Positions 1 to 10,076 are shown, counted from the first letter of the stretch. The stretch is DNA of 51,142 bases from an uncultured Methanolinea sp. (GCA_964401215.1 CAYNXS010000002.1:1-51142), one strand, 5' to 3'. Notes: generated from the letters alone by a model not told the origin. Made by a program: numbers and translations.

Positions 1-1516
1 CAGGGAGCCACTGGATGATTGGTGCCTTGTGCGCCCGTGCATCCGCAAGGGAATCGCCGGCATAGGATGCTGAGAAATCCGATCCTTCACAGGTCACCTT
101 GATATTGAAGAGATCCTTCAACCGGATCAATCCAGGGGATTTTTCCAGATCTTCCCGGGGCAGGATGACCTCCCCGGTGAAGTGAAGCGTTCTCGTCCCC
201 TTTTCAGGCTTTCCCGGGTGAAGTTGTGCCTGGGCTACCTGGGGCGGAGCATCCTTGATTGTCAGGTGTACTGGATCGGGAACAAAGAAATAACGATTCG
301 CCACAGGATCGACAATGGCCTTATTTTTTGCAAACAGGTTCTCCCATGAGAAGGAGATGTCCGTCTCGCCGATTCCAATGTCAAGGACCGCTTCCCGAAC
401 CGCCTCTGGCTTGATCCCCCGGCGGGCCATGGCCCGGAGCGTGCCAAGGCGGATATCATCCCATCCCTGGTATTCGCCTGCATTGATCCCCGCCCGCATC
501 TGCGAGGTCGAGAGGACGACCCCTTCGATCCCCATCCTGCCATAGTGCCGGTATACCGGTGGCTCCCAGCCGAAATAATCAAAGATGTACCGCTGCCTCC
601 GGGTATTGGCGATATGATCTTTCCCGCGGATAACATGGGTAATGCCGAGGAGGTGGTCATCAACAGTGACCGAGAAGTTCATCAGGGGGTAGAGACACCC
701 CTCCATCCTCGGGTGAGGCGGGCTCTTGAGGATGCGGAACGCCGGAAAGTCCCTCATCGCGGGATCGGGATGATCGAGATCGGTCCGGACGCGGAGGGTC
801 GCCTCTCCCTCTTCGAACCCGCCATCACGCATCTTTCTGAAGGATTCAAGGGTTTCGTCAATACCAGTGCTGCGGCAGGGGCAGGCCTCCTTTGCGAGCT
901 TCATTGCTTTGAAACGCTCGTTGTCGCAGGTGCACACATACGCACCACCCCTGCGAATCAGTTCCTCACCATACTGATAATAGAGGTCGAAACGATCGCT
1001 CTGGTACACGATGTCGGTAATGCCAAGACCCAGCCACCTGAGATCTTCCTGCACCATCTCATACGCGTTTGGATCAACCCTCTTTGGATCTGTATCCTCG
1101 ATGCGAAGCACATAGCGTCCCCCATAGCGCCTGACATAGGCATCGTTGAGGACCGCAGCTCTCGCATGCCCGAGATGAAGGGGGCCGCTCGGATTTGGAG
1201 CAAACCGCATCACGACCCCGTTCTGTGCCTTTTCGAGCTCGGGGAGCTCCCGGAGCTGCTCCCGTGGCTTGGCCATCTCCTCCACGAGTTCCGGGGCCAA
1301 CAGATTGAGACGGGCAGCCTGTTCTGCGGGGGAAAGTGCGGACACCTCATCAATTACCTCTTTGACGAGAACGGTTGCTTCCCTTGCCCTGCTCTTCATC
1401 TCAGGGTACTTCCCCATCACCATCCCGATCACGGCCCCTGCCTTGGGGATGCTCTGGTGCCTGACCGCGTTCTGGAGCGCAAAAAGGAGGAGGGCCTGCC
1501 TTAATGGGTCCTCCAT
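1..1516 (-). CDS. gltX: Glutamyl-tRNA synthetase, archaeal type (partial; C-terminus cut by the window edge)
   Basis: Not in the ORF track because there is no stop codon inside the window. My translation of the minus strand from the ATG at 1516-1514 gives MEDPLRQALLLFALQNAVRHQSIPK...VMRFAPNPSGPLHLGHARAAVLND...VLRIEDTDPKR...ITHVIRGKDH...APIIQWLP. It has a class I HIGH-type signature (HLGH) and the frame stays open to position 1. The + strand ORF 545..1504 is its antisense shadow. Confidence 0.85.
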   Translation of the reverse strand, partial: MEDPLRQALLLFALQNAVRHQSIPKAGAVIGMVMGKYPEMKSRAREATVLVKEVIDEVSALSPAEQAARLNLLAPELVEEMAKPREQLRELPELEKAQNGVVMRFAPNPSGPLHLGHARAAVLNDAYVRRYGGRYVLRIEDTDPKRVDPNAYEMVQEDLRWLGLGITDIVYQSDRFDLYYQYGEELIRRGGAYVCTCDNERFKAMKLAKEACPCRSTGIDETLESFRKMRDGGFEEGEATLRVRTDLDHPDPAMRDFPAFRILKSPPHPRMEGCLYPLMNFSVTVDDHLLGITHVIRGKDHIANTRRQRYIFDYFGWEPPVYRHYGRMGIEGVVLSTSQMRAGINAGEYQGWDDIRLGTLRAMARRGIKPEAVREAVLDIGIGETDISFSWENLFAKNKAIVDPVANRYFFVPDPVHLTIKDAPPQVAQAQLHPGKPEKGTRTLHFTGEVILPREDLEKSPGLIRLKDLFNIKVTCEGSDFSASYAGDSLADARAHKAPIIQWLP

Positions 1517-1518
1517 GT

Positions 1519-2505
1519 TCAGTAGCTCCGGCGAATGAAGTAATCACCCATCTGGATGAGGAGATCGCGCTCCTCGCTTGGTGGCAGGATTGAGATACGC
1601 TTGATGCCGGTCTTCACCAGGGTATCCGCAATTCCCTGCACCTCGGCAATCACCCCAAGTTTCTTCAGTGTGGCGATGATCTCCTCGATCTCCCCTGCAG
1701 AAAGACGCCGCGTGAAGGGCGACAGGTCGTATCCTTTTTCAAGGGCCTTGATATGGATGAGCGTCTTTTTTCCCTCCCTGATATCGGATGCCTGGTCCTT
1801 TCCGCTCACTTCAGGAGGGGCAAGGAGATCGATCAGGTCATCCTGGATCTGGAACGCCATGCCGATCCCCTGGCCAAAATGATAGAGGGCACTTGAGTAT
1901 GCGGGATTTCCGCCGGCGAGAATGCTGCCTATTCCTGCGGATGCTGCATAGAGCGCCCCGGTCTTCTTCTCGACCATCTTCAGGTATTCACCCTCGCTCA
2001 CATCGTCGCGCTCTTCAAAGGACATGTCAAGGTGCTGCCCCTCGCAGATCTCAACGCAGGTCCTGGCAAGCATTGAGGTTGCACGCACTTTTGCATTATC
2101 GGGGGAATCGGACATGGTGAGGAACTCAAAGGCACTGGCAAAGAGCACGTCTCCCGCGAGGATGGCCGTGGGCTCATCCCACCGGGTGTGGACGGTGGGG
2201 ACGCCCCGTCTCACTTCATCACCATCCATGATATCGTCGTGGATCAGGGTGAAGCTGTGGGTGAGCTCGAGTGCGAGCGCGGCAGGCAATAGGTCAATAG
2301 AACTCCCCTTCTTCACTGCATCTGCGGAGAGGAGCAGCACTGCAGGGCGCAGCCGTTTTCCTCCTGCAAGCAGCAGGTGGGCGCTCGCCTTGCCGAGGTT
2401 GTCACATGCCGATCCAAAATACCTGTCTATGAGAGCATCCACCTGATTCGCAGTCTGTTCCAGATATTCATTGAGATCCATTTCGTCCTCCTTGCGCCCC
2501 ACCAA
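1519..2505 (-). CDS. idsA: Polyprenyl (geranylgeranyl) diphosphate synthase
   Basis: 328-aa ORF with both Asp-rich trans-prenyltransferase motifs (LIHDDIMDGD and FQIQDDLID). It lies in the isoprenoid gene cluster. Confidence 0.85.
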   Translation of the reverse strand: MVGRKEDEMDLNEYLEQTANQVDALIDRYFGSACDNLGKASAHLLLAGGKRLRPAVLLLSADAVKKGSSIDLLPAALALELTHSFTLIHDDIMDGDEVRRGVPTVHTRWDEPTAILAGDVLFASAFEFLTMSDSPDNAKVRATSMLARTCVEICEGQHLDMSFEERDDVSEGEYLKMVEKKTGALYAASAGIGSILAGGNPAYSSALYHFGQGIGMAFQIQDDLIDLLAPPEVSGKDQASDIREGKKTLIHIKALEKGYDLSPFTRRLSAGEIEEIIATLKKLGVIAEVQGIADTLVKTGIKRISILPPSEERDLLIQMGDYFIRRSY

Positions 2506-2506
2506 A

Positions 2507-3844
2507 TCAGGCCATCTTGATCCGTTGCCCGTTGGAGAGGATGTGCACGTCGTTGTGCAGGGTATACCCGAGTGCTTCCGTGAATTCCGCGTAGCCGGAT
2601 GTCATGCGGATATGCCCGTGTGCCGGGATGATGTGCTGCGGGTTGAGCATACTGATGAACTCGTAGTGGTCTTCCCGGTATGCGTGGCCGGTGACATGCA
2701 GGTCCGGGAAGATCCGTGCCCCCGCCATGTTCAGGTGAGTCTCGACCATGTACCGCTGCCCTACGTTCATGGGATTGGGGATGACCTTGGCACTGAAGAT
2801 GATCTTGTCGCCCTTTTCCACCTTATACGGGGTATCTCCGAGTGCGACCCTGGTGAGTATGGACCCCGGTTCTCCCTGGTGTCCTGTGATGATGGGAACG
2901 AATTTCTCCTTGCCAGCCTTCATCATCCTCCGCAACGTACGGTCCACCGTCCTCCTGTTCCCGAACATGCTCGTCGTCTCAGGGTAGCCTACAAGTTTTA
3001 ATTGCTCGGCAGTGGACGAATACCTCTCCATCGACCTGCCGAGCAGCACAGGTTTTCTCCCGATCTCATGCGCACATTCGGCAATCGTCTTGACCCTCGC
3101 GATATGCGATGAGAAGGTTGAGACAATAATGGCCGCCTTGTCGTCCTCGTAGCTCGTCATGGTGTCGCGGACAAGATCCCTCGCGACCCTCTCGCTCGGT
3201 GCCCTGCCACGGTTGTCAATATACGTACTCTCCACGATAAGCGCGAGCACGCCTTCTTTTCCTATCTGGCGGAGCCGGGCAAAATCGGGAGGTTCGCCGA
3301 TCACGGGTGTCCTGTCAAGCTTGTAATCGCATGCATAGACAATCGCACCTTTCGGGGTGTGGAGCACTGCGGTCACGGTATCGATAATACTGTGCTGCAT
3401 CCTGACGAATTCGAGCGTCAGGTTCTGCGAGATCGTGTATTTCTGCCCGGCCTTCAATGCGAACAGCTTGTTGTTCACGCCGAACTTCTGCTCTCCTGCA
3501 ATCTGCTGACGGATCAGTTCAGTCGTGTAGGGAGTGCTGATGATTGGGGCATTATAACGGTGAGCCAGTTTGGGGATCGCCCCGATGTGGTCAAGGTGCC
3601 CGTGTGAACAGACAATAGCCTTGACACTCCCCTCCACCGTGTTCATCATCGTATCATCCGGAATAGCCTTCATCTGGATGAGATCCAGGGAGTGCATATT
3701 CTCAACTTCCGCATCCTCATGGATCATTACCTGGTCCAGACGAAGCCCCATGTCAAAAATAACAATGTCCTTTCCGCAGCGGACAGCGGTCATATTCCTC
3801 CCGACCTCGTCGTATCCGCCCACGGCAATTATTTCAATATCCAT
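2507..3844 (-). CDS. rnj: Beta-CASP metallo-beta-lactamase ribonuclease (archaeal RNase J family)
   Basis: 445 aa. It has the MBL motif HGHLDHIG after an N-terminal GGYDEVGRN segment, and its length and layout are typical of archaeal RNase J. It is packed between fni and the GGPP synthase gene. Confidence 0.75.
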   Translation of the reverse strand: MDIEIIAVGGYDEVGRNMTAVRCGKDIVIFDMGLRLDQVMIHEDAEVENMHSLDLIQMKAIPDDTMMNTVEGSVKAIVCSHGHLDHIGAIPKLAHRYNAPIISTPYTTELIRQQIAGEQKFGVNNKLFALKAGQKYTISQNLTLEFVRMQHSIIDTVTAVLHTPKGAIVYACDYKLDRTPVIGEPPDFARLRQIGKEGVLALIVESTYIDNRGRAPSERVARDLVRDTMTSYEDDKAAIIVSTFSSHIARVKTIAECAHEIGRKPVLLGRSMERYSSTAEQLKLVGYPETTSMFGNRRTVDRTLRRMMKAGKEKFVPIITGHQGEPGSILTRVALGDTPYKVEKGDKIIFSAKVIPNPMNVGQRYMVETHLNMAGARIFPDLHVTGHAYREDHYEFISMLNPQHIIPAHGHIRMTSGYAEFTEALGYTLHNDVHILSNGQRIKMA

Positions 3845-4923
3845 TATTCTCCTCCTTGTTGGTGTTTCAGCATCTGCCGGGTCTTACCGGTGATATACAC
3901 CCGAACACTCTTGAGGTCAGCAACCTTTGCGGACCCGCAGAGAAACATTGCGGTGATCAGTTCCCGGTGGAACGTCTCGATCGTTGAGAAGAGCGAATCG
4001 TCGCTCTCCATCGCCGGCTTGAGCAGGGGAAGGGCAATACCGCAGAGATCTGCACCAAGTGCCATTGCCTTTGCCATATCAAGGCCACTCCTGATGCCCC
4101 CCGTGGCGATGACCGGGCTTCCTGTGCTTGCGACCTCGCACAGGCTCGTTACGGTTGGGATACCCCACTCCTCAAAAAGAGCCCCGAGAGAGACAAGGCT
4201 GCCTGCCCCTGTATCGGTGAGAGTGTGGGCTCTGCACGCTTCAACTGCAGGCCAGGACGTCCCCCCCCAGCCACCGATATCGATTGCGCTGACTCCAGCA
4301 CCCCAGCATCTCCTTGCGGTCTCTCCAGAGATACCGCTCCCTGTCTCCTTGATCACAACCGGGACAGAAATATCGCGGCAGAGTGCTGCAAGAGCGTCAT
4401 AACAGCCGGTTGCGTCGTGATCGCCTTCGGGCTGGATAGCCTCCTGCAGGAAATTCACATGAATGGCGATTGCATCGGCATCGATCATGGCTATTGCCCT
4501 GTCTGCCCATTCCAGCCCGTGCTCACGTAACTGTACAATCCCCAGATTCGCCATGAGGAACGCGTGCGGTGCCTCTTCTCGAACCACCGAAAAGCTGTCT
4601 GCAAGACCTGCATCCTCGAGCGCTGCACGCTGCGAACCCACGCACATGCCGATACCATACTTCTCGGCCGCCTTTCCAAGACGGCGATTGACATCGGTCG
4701 TGTCAGGGTGTCCCCCTGTCATGGCAGCGATGAAGAGCGGGGATGAGAGCCGGTTCCCCAGGAATCTCGTAGAGAGATCGATTCTGTGCATGTCACACTC
4801 GGGAAGCGCAGAATGAACGAGCCGGATATCGTCAAAGCCTGGAATACCGCGTTCAATCTCCTGCCCGGCACAGATTCGCAGGTGGTCAATCTTCCGGCTT
4901 GAGGTACATCGCGTCTTATCCAT
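3844..4923 (-). CDS. fni: Isopentenyl-diphosphate delta-isomerase, type 2 (FMN-dependent)
   Basis: The ORF 3844..5019 contains KIDHLRI...FDDIRLVHSALPE...GGWGGTSW, a TIM-barrel IDI-2 pattern. I trimmed the start to the ATG at 4923 (MDKTRCTSSRKIDHL), which overlaps the IPK stop codon by 8 nt (ATGGATAA). Confidence 0.85.
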   Translation of the reverse strand: MDKTRCTSSRKIDHLRICAGQEIERGIPGFDDIRLVHSALPECDMHRIDLSTRFLGNRLSSPLFIAAMTGGHPDTTDVNRRLGKAAEKYGIGMCVGSQRAALEDAGLADSFSVVREEAPHAFLMANLGIVQLREHGLEWADRAIAMIDADAIAIHVNFLQEAIQPEGDHDATGCYDALAALCRDISVPVVIKETGSGISGETARRCWGAGVSAIDIGGWGGTSWPAVEACRAHTLTDTGAGSLVSLGALFEEWGIPTVTSLCEVASTGSPVIATGGIRSGLDMAKAMALGADLCGIALPLLKPAMESDDSLFSTIETFHRELITAMFLCGSAKVADLKSVRVYITGKTRQMLKHQQGGE

Positions 4924-5686
4924 GCTCCCTCCCGCACACAATCCTGGTCCCCCCGTGCGGCCTGCCATGCAGGAAATCCAGAAGGTGTGATACATGAAAT
5001 ACCTCCGACTGGATGCCAAGAGCTGCCAGATCTGAGAGTTCCTTGAGCTTTCCTTCCATGCCGCCTGTTACATCTGTATGCCTTGATCCCATAGCAGCGA
5101 TATCATCATTGAAGCCCCGGGTGATCTCTTCGATCACAGACCCTTCCCTGGAGAGGACACCGGGGACATCAGTGGCAAGACCGATCCTGGTAAAGGGCAG
5201 GTGTTCACCAAGATATCGGATGATCTGGTCGCCTGAGATGATGCAGGCACCCTGCGCTTCGTCCATGACCACGTCCCCATGAAGCACAGGGATTATTCCC
5301 ATGTCCATCAGGTGCTGCAGCGGCCGGGTCTCGAGAGAGACCAGGCGGCCTGCACGGGCAAAAGAGCCTGCAAGAGGATGAATGCCTACCGCATCAGCCC
5401 CTGCATCCCGCAGTGCCTCCACCATCATCTGGTTCAGACGGGAAACCGCGATATGCGTCAAGGCAATTCCCTGCCTGTTGGTCCGGTCTGCACCATGCGC
5501 AAGGCCATACTCGTGCGCTTCCGGATGCCCGAACGACCCTGCTCCATGCACAAGGCAGAGCGATGTGTCAGGACATGCTGCGATATCCCTGGCAATCATT
5601 TCAATCACCCGGCAATCAGCAGTACCTTTCCTGCCTTTTTCGGTGAGCACACTTCCTCCTACCTTGATGAGCAGCCTTTCAGACAT
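4916..5686 (-). CDS. Isopentenyl phosphate kinase (amino-acid kinase fold)
   Basis: MSERLLIKVGGSVLTEK...LVHGAGSFGHP matches the IPK/amino-acid-kinase N-terminus. I trimmed the start to the ATG at 5686, which overlaps the mvk stop by 8 nt (ATGTCTGA). Confidence 0.8.
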   Translation of the reverse strand: MSERLLIKVGGSVLTEKGRKGTADCRVIEMIARDIAACPDTSLCLVHGAGSFGHPEAHEYGLAHGADRTNRQGIALTHIAVSRLNQMMVEALRDAGADAVGIHPLAGSFARAGRLVSLETRPLQHLMDMGIIPVLHGDVVMDEAQGACIISGDQIIRYLGEHLPFTRIGLATDVPGVLSREGSVIEEITRGFNDDIAAMGSRHTDVTGGMEGKLKELSDLAALGIQSEVFHVSHLLDFLHGRPHGGTRIVCGREHG

Positions 5687-6548
5687 CCTTCTCTTTCCTC
5701 GCACCTTCGGTGTCAAGATTGGTGACGAACGCTTTGGCATCGCAGGATTCAACCGCTCCGACCACCCGGCTTTTCAGGTGCTTGGGGCAGATGGCGATCA
5801 TGCAACCTCCGCCACCCGCTCCGGTCAGTTTGGCCCCGTGTGCTCCCGCAGCCCTTGCCGCAAGCACGAGGCGTGACAGAGTGGGATGACCGGCCCCAAG
5901 GGCATCGAGGAGGGCATGGTTCATGTTCATCAGCGTCCCGAGCTTGTGCGGGTCGGAGAAATTCCGTATGGCGCACATCGTGATTCCTCCGATAGAATCC
6001 ATGATCGGATCACAAATCTCAGGGTTCGTCTTCTTGAGTTCAGCAACCTTTTCCACCATCTTTGACGTGCTGTGAGACACAAGGGAATTTCCAATTACCA
6101 GTGGAAAGTTCTGGGGAGGAAGCCGTCTTCGCTGGGTACCTGTGATCAGGACAATTCCCCCGAACGTCGAGACACTCGTGTCTGTGGGACTCGCCTTTCC
6201 CTTCTGGACCTTCTTCTCGATTCCATACGCCATCGTGGCGATCTCTTCCATGCTCAGGTTTTTTTCGAATTCATCGTTGATTGCCGAGAGGGTTGCGACA
6301 GTGACTGCGGCTGATGAACCGAGCCCGGAAGAACTCGGGAGCTGGGAGTTCACATAGACACTCCCTTTCACGCCCATCTCGTCAAAGCAGCTGTCGATAT
6401 AGGGGGATCGTGCATGATGCGCAGACTTGCTCCTTCTAACCGTCACGAACACCCTGGGCTTGATTGCCATTGCAACCCCTGGTTTCCCGTACACTACCGC
6501 ATGTTCTCCAAAGAGGAACACCTTGCCAGGGGCACTCCATGTTGCCAC
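5679..6548 (-). CDS. mvk: Mevalonate kinase (GHMP kinase)
   Basis: 289 aa. It has the N-terminal APGKVFLFGEHAVVYG, the GHMP motif PSSSGLGSSAA and a C-terminal KLTGAGGGGC. Confidence 0.9.
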   Translation of the reverse strand: MATWSAPGKVFLFGEHAVVYGKPGVAMAIKPRVFVTVRRSKSAHHARSPYIDSCFDEMGVKGSVYVNSQLPSSSGLGSSAAVTVATLSAINDEFEKNLSMEEIATMAYGIEKKVQKGKASPTDTSVSTFGGIVLITGTQRRRLPPQNFPLVIGNSLVSHSTSKMVEKVAELKKTNPEICDPIMDSIGGITMCAIRNFSDPHKLGTLMNMNHALLDALGAGHPTLSRLVLAARAAGAHGAKLTGAGGGGCMIAICPKHLKSRVVGAVESCDAKAFVTNLDTEGARKEKDV

Positions 6549-6549
6549 C

Positions 6550-7341
6550 CTATATCACCGCAATGGCGGCGTACCCGACTACCTCCGGGTCACCTGTCAC
6601 ATCACCGCTGGTGGCGTACCGAAGCAGCTTTGCTTCCCTTGCGCCGAGATCGCGGCATACTGAACACATGGTAGCGATCGGCCCGTACCCGCACGCACTG
6701 ATCCCTTTTCCCATGATTCTCCGGTAGAATTCCGTGATATCAAGGTTTTCCAGCCCCGATATTGCATAGAGGTCATGTTCCCTTGCGACGGCATCAGGTA
6801 CGTAGTGGGAAAAATCGCTTGATGCGACTATCCGCATATCACGGCGTCCGCTCTTCCTGATCCCGTCGATGAGCAGGGCTCCAAGCGCAACCGCCCCCTC
6901 CAGGCTCTGGTCACCCATCAATATGGGAACAATTCTTGCCCTTGGAAACCGGTACTTGATGAAGGGGATCTGCACTTCAAGAGAGTTCTCCTGCTCCTGG
7001 TGCGAGCTTTCATCCACCTCTAGATCGAGAGATTCCCCGAATTCCCAATCGTTATCAACGATACCAAGCGGAGTCTCCCATGGGAGGTGGGAGATACAGG
7101 TCCTGTATCCCCTGTGACTGGGTCCGATCACGATAAAAGTCCCGGAAAATGACGCAGGGATGGCACTGTATGCGAGGGCTGATACTTCCCCCGAGTAGGG
7201 ATATCCTGCGTGCGGTGAGACTATCCCAAGCGCCTCTATACCGGGATTCTTATTCCTGAAGAATGTCTCCAGCAGCTGTTCGAGATGGTGAGGGTCCCGG
7301 GGGTAGAACATGCCGGCAACCGCGCACCGCCGAGTCTTCAT
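6550..7341 (-). CDS. MEMO1 / AmmeMemoRadiSam system protein B family protein
   Basis: 263 aa. The pattern CAVAGMFYP...SPHAGYPYSG...GPSH...SSDFSHY is typical of the MEMO-like family. Its stop codon lies directly upstream of the mvk start codon, with no unpaired base between (6550 vs 6548). Confidence 0.7.
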   Translation of the reverse strand: MKTRRCAVAGMFYPRDPHHLEQLLETFFRNKNPGIEALGIVSPHAGYPYSGEVSALAYSAIPASFSGTFIVIGPSHRGYRTCISHLPWETPLGIVDNDWEFGESLDLEVDESSHQEQENSLEVQIPFIKYRFPRARIVPILMGDQSLEGAVALGALLIDGIRKSGRRDMRIVASSDFSHYVPDAVAREHDLYAISGLENLDITEFYRRIMGKGISACGYGPIATMCSVCRDLGAREAKLLRYATSGDVTGDPEVVGYAAIAVI

Positions 7342-7369
7342 CGGATCTCCCTCTTGTATCGCAGCTATA

Positions 7370-7978
7370 TTAGAGTTCGGTCTCGAAATCTTCCGCGGTG
7401 AGCGAGGTGGTGATCCCCCGATTCCGCAGCATTTCCCTGGTGAGCAGGAAATAGATCATCGAGAGGGCCTTTCTCCCCTTGTTGTTGGTGGGGATCACCA
7501 GGTCCACAAGGCTTGTCATGTTATTGGTGTCGCACAGCGCAAGGATAGGGATCCCGCACTGGACTGCTTCCTTGACTGCCTGGGCATCGCCTATCGGATC
7601 GGTGACAACAAGGACCTGGGGCTCGATATATCGCGAGAGGTTCTGGTTGGTGAGCATCCCGGGGATGAACCGCCCGGTTTCTGCGATGCCCCCGATCGAC
7701 TCCGCGAATTTTTTTGCCGGGTACTGGCCGTACTGCCTTGATGTGACCACCAGGATGTTCGAAGGATCAAACTGGGAGAGGAATTTTGCTGCGGTCTTGA
7801 TTCGCTCATCGGTCTCCCTGATGTCCAGGATATACAGTCCATCGCCCCTCACGCGGTAGATGAACTTCATCATGTCCTTGCTCTTCTGCTGGGTGCCTAT
7901 ATGGACCCCCGCGGCGAGGTACTCTTCCACGGGAACCAGAGGCTCCTTCAATTCAATTTCCATTTCTGCTTCTGTCAT
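7370..7978 (-). CDS. rps2: 30S ribosomal protein S2 (uS2)
   Basis: I trimmed the listed ORF 7370..8293 to the ATG at 7978 ([32 protein letters not shown]). This start forms an ATGA overlap with the eno stop. The longer N-terminal extension runs through eno and is Arg/Gly junk. Confidence 0.9.
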   Translation of the reverse strand: MTEAEMEIELKEPLVPVEEYLAAGVHIGTQQKSKDMMKFIYRVRGDGLYILDIRETDERIKTAAKFLSQFDPSNILVVTSRQYGQYPAKKFAESIGGIAETGRFIPGMLTNQNLSRYIEPQVLVVTDPIGDAQAVKEAVQCGIPILALCDTNNMTSLVDLVIPTNNKGRKALSMIYFLLTREMLRNRGITTSLTAEDFETEL

Positions 7979-9171
7979 GCTATCTGTTCCTCGATTCGTA
8001 TCAGTTCGTTCAATTTGGCGATCCGTTCCCCGCCGACGGCCCCCGTCTTGAGGAATACACACCCGAACGCCGTTGCAAGATGCGCGATTGTGGAATCGGT
8101 AGTCTCCCCGGAGCGGTGGCTCATCACCGTATCCATTCCATGGACATGCGATAAGTGAATTGCCGCGAATGTATCGGAGAGGGTCCCCACCTGGTTCGGC
8201 TTGATGAGAACACAGTTGGCGGATCCCATCTCGATCCCTTCCGCGATCCGGCTTGCATTGGTCACAAAGAGATCGTCCCCGCACACGAGGCACCGGTCCC
8301 CAACCTGGGCGGTGAGATCGGCAAAGCCCGAGAAGTCATCTTCATGGAGCGGATCCTCGATGTATACCAGTTCGTACCGGTCTACAAGTTCGGCCAGGTA
8401 CGCAATGTAATCAGCGGTCGTTCGGGTCCCGTTTCTGTCGGTATAGCACTCGTTCTCATGGTTCCACATCTGGCTCGCTGCGACATCTATCCCCATCCCG
8501 ATAGGCATGGAGAGTTCGTCTGATACCTCGCCAATAGCCTGGTGGATGATCTCAAAAGCCTCGAGATCCCCGATCTGCGGTGCCCAGGCACCTTCATCCC
8601 CCTTTCCACAGGATTTACCCCTGGCTTTCAGGATATCCTTTACCTTCCTGTGGACCCTGGCATTCGCAAAGACTGCCTGGGTCGGACCTTCCGCACCGGT
8701 TGCAACAACCAGGAATTCCTGGATATCGGTTGCATTCGCTGCATGGGCCCCGCCACCGATGATATTTCCGAGTGGAAGGGGCATCTCAGGGACAAACACG
8801 CCACCAAGGTAAGAGAAGAGCTCCATCCCGAGAGACGAGGCTGCTGCCTTGGCATTTGCGAGTGATAAGGCAACTGCAACGTTTGCCCCAATAACCGAAA
8901 AGTCAGAGGTCCCATCCAGTTCCCGAAGAAGAGAGTCGAACGCGACCTGGTCTCTCGCATCCATCCCCTCGAGCTCCGGAATGAGGTTCGCGTATGCGTT
9001 GGGAATTGCCTCCCCCGGGTCTATCACCTTTGCCTCGTAGAGTCCCGTGCTGGCCCCGCTTGGTGCGGCTGACCTGCCGAATCCGCTGTCAGTGAGAATA
9101 TCTGCCTCCACTGTCGGATTGCCCCTGCTGTCCAGTATGGTGCGCAGTTGGATGCTGCGTATGAGCGTCAT
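7975..9171 (-). CDS. eno: Enolase
   Basis: 398 aa with [14 protein letters not shown]...SGASTG...[16 protein letters not shown], which are enolase signature segments. Confidence 0.9.
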   Translation of the reverse strand: MTLIRSIQLRTILDSRGNPTVEADILTDSGFGRSAAPSGASTGLYEAKVIDPGEAIPNAYANLIPELEGMDARDQVAFDSLLRELDGTSDFSVIGANVAVALSLANAKAAASSLGMELFSYLGGVFVPEMPLPLGNIIGGGAHAANATDIQEFLVVATGAEGPTQAVFANARVHRKVKDILKARGKSCGKGDEGAWAPQIGDLEAFEIIHQAIGEVSDELSMPIGMGIDVAASQMWNHENECYTDRNGTRTTADYIAYLAELVDRYELVYIEDPLHEDDFSGFADLTAQVGDRCLVCGDDLFVTNASRIAEGIEMGSANCVLIKPNQVGTLSDTFAAIHLSHVHGMDTVMSHRSGETTDSTIAHLATAFGCVFLKTGAVGGERIAKLNELIRIEEQIA

Positions 9172-9177
9172 GGCTGA

Positions 9178-9348
9178 CTACTTCCTCTTCACCGTTATAG
9201 GTATGACATCGTGCTGGTACTCTTCGAGCGCGATCTCCAGCGGGTCAATCCTGCTGGTCCTGATCAGGAGCGGGGCACCCATCGAGATCTGGAGTGCCCG
9301 GGCTCCGATGATCCGGGCCCGCTCATACCGAGTAAAACTCTCTTTCAT
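9178..9348 (-). CDS. rpoK: DNA-directed RNA polymerase subunit K (Rpo6)
   Basis: Too short for the ORF track (56 aa). My translation is [56 protein letters not shown]. The motif [16 protein letters not shown] is the RpoK/Rpb6 core. Confidence 0.85.
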   Translation of the reverse strand: MKESFTRYERARIIGARALQISMGAPLLIRTSRIDPLEIALEEYQHDVIPITVKRK

Positions 9349-9378
9349 ATACCCTCAAATGTATCCACTATCTTAAAA

Positions 9379-9453
9379 TGGGGTCGCTGAGATTCGAACT
9401 CAGGTCACAGCATCCCGAACGCCATAGGATGGTCCAGGCTACCCCACGACCCC
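9379..9453 (-). tRNA. tRNA-Pro (anticodon CGG)
   Basis: The reverse complement GGGGTCGTGGGGTAGCCTGGACCATCCTATGGCGTTCGGGATGCTGTGACCTGAGTTCGAATCTCAGCGACCCCA folds as a cloverleaf. The acceptor stem is GGGGTCG/CGACCCC, the T-arm is CTGAG-TTCGAAT-CTCAG and the anticodon loop is TTCGGGA. The anticodon stem has three G-U pairs, which fixes the strand. The tRNA 5' end abuts the rpoN stop codon. Confidence 0.8.
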
Positions 9454-9642
9454 TCATTGGTATGGATTGAGATCATCGATTATCTCTTTGTGGGCAAGGA
9501 ACATCCTGCGACAGCAATAGCGGTCCATGCCGAGGTCGTCGAGGATCTTTTTGGGATCCTCGCCTGCCTCCTTACGGCGCTTATACTCCTCATATGCAGG
9601 TGAGATGACTTTCCCACAGGTGAAACATCGTACGGGTATCAT
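9454..9642 (-). CDS. rpoN: DNA-directed RNA polymerase subunit N (Rpo10)
   Basis: 62 aa: [13 protein letters not shown]...YCCRRM, the zinc-binding Rpb10/RpoN pattern. Confidence 0.9.
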   Translation of the reverse strand: MIPVRCFTCGKVISPAYEEYKRRKEAGEDPKKILDDLGMDRYCCRRMFLAHKEIIDDLNPYQ

Positions 9643-9674
9643 GCCGGTATGATCTCCAAGTTAATTTCCATATC

Positions 9675-10076
9675 TCAACGATAAGACTTTTGGAACTTCT
9701 TTCTCGCACCCCTGCCATGGGGTTTCTTCGATTCTTTCTGCCTGGAGTCGTTCACAAGCAGTGTCCTGTCGTATTGCAGGAAGATATCCTTGATCTGGGG
9801 ATCGTTCGACCATTTGAGGATTCCCCTCGCAAGCGCGGTGCGGACTGCCTCGGCCTGGCCCATCATCCCACCACCCTTCACATCGATCGAGATATCAATC
9901 CCCTCGATTGCTTTCGGGGCAAGAAGGATTGGCTCTGCAATCTTCAATCGCACCATCTCATTCGGGTAGAAATCCAGGGGAACGGTGTTGATCCTCACAA
10001 TACCTTTCCCTGCCCTGACAGTTGCCCTGGCAATCGCGGTCTTCCTTTTTCCGCTGGTGTTGATTATCTTTCCCAT
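9675..10076 (-). CDS. rps9: 30S ribosomal protein S9 (uS9)
   Basis: I trimmed the start to the ATG at 10076 ([20 protein letters not shown]...). The C-terminus [10 protein letters not shown] is typical of uS9. Confidence 0.9.
   Translation of the reverse strand: MGKIINTSGKRKTAIARATVRAGKGIVRINTVPLDFYPNEMVRLKIAEPILLAPKAIEGIDISIDVKGGGMMGQAEAVRTALARGILKWSNDPQIKDIFLQYDRTLLVNDSRQKESKKPHGRGARKKFQKSYR

Noticed and set aside
545-1504. 319-aa + strand ORF, the longest listed ORF in the first 1.5 kb
   Set aside because: It is the antisense shadow of gltX. The minus strand translates into a clear GluRS with a HIGH motif. The + strand product is low-complexity with no motif.
7979-8293. N-terminal extension of the S2 ORF (307-aa version)
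   Set aside because: It runs antisense-frame through the enolase 3' end and is Arg/Gly-rich. The canonical uS2 N-terminus starts at 7978, with an ATGA overlap.
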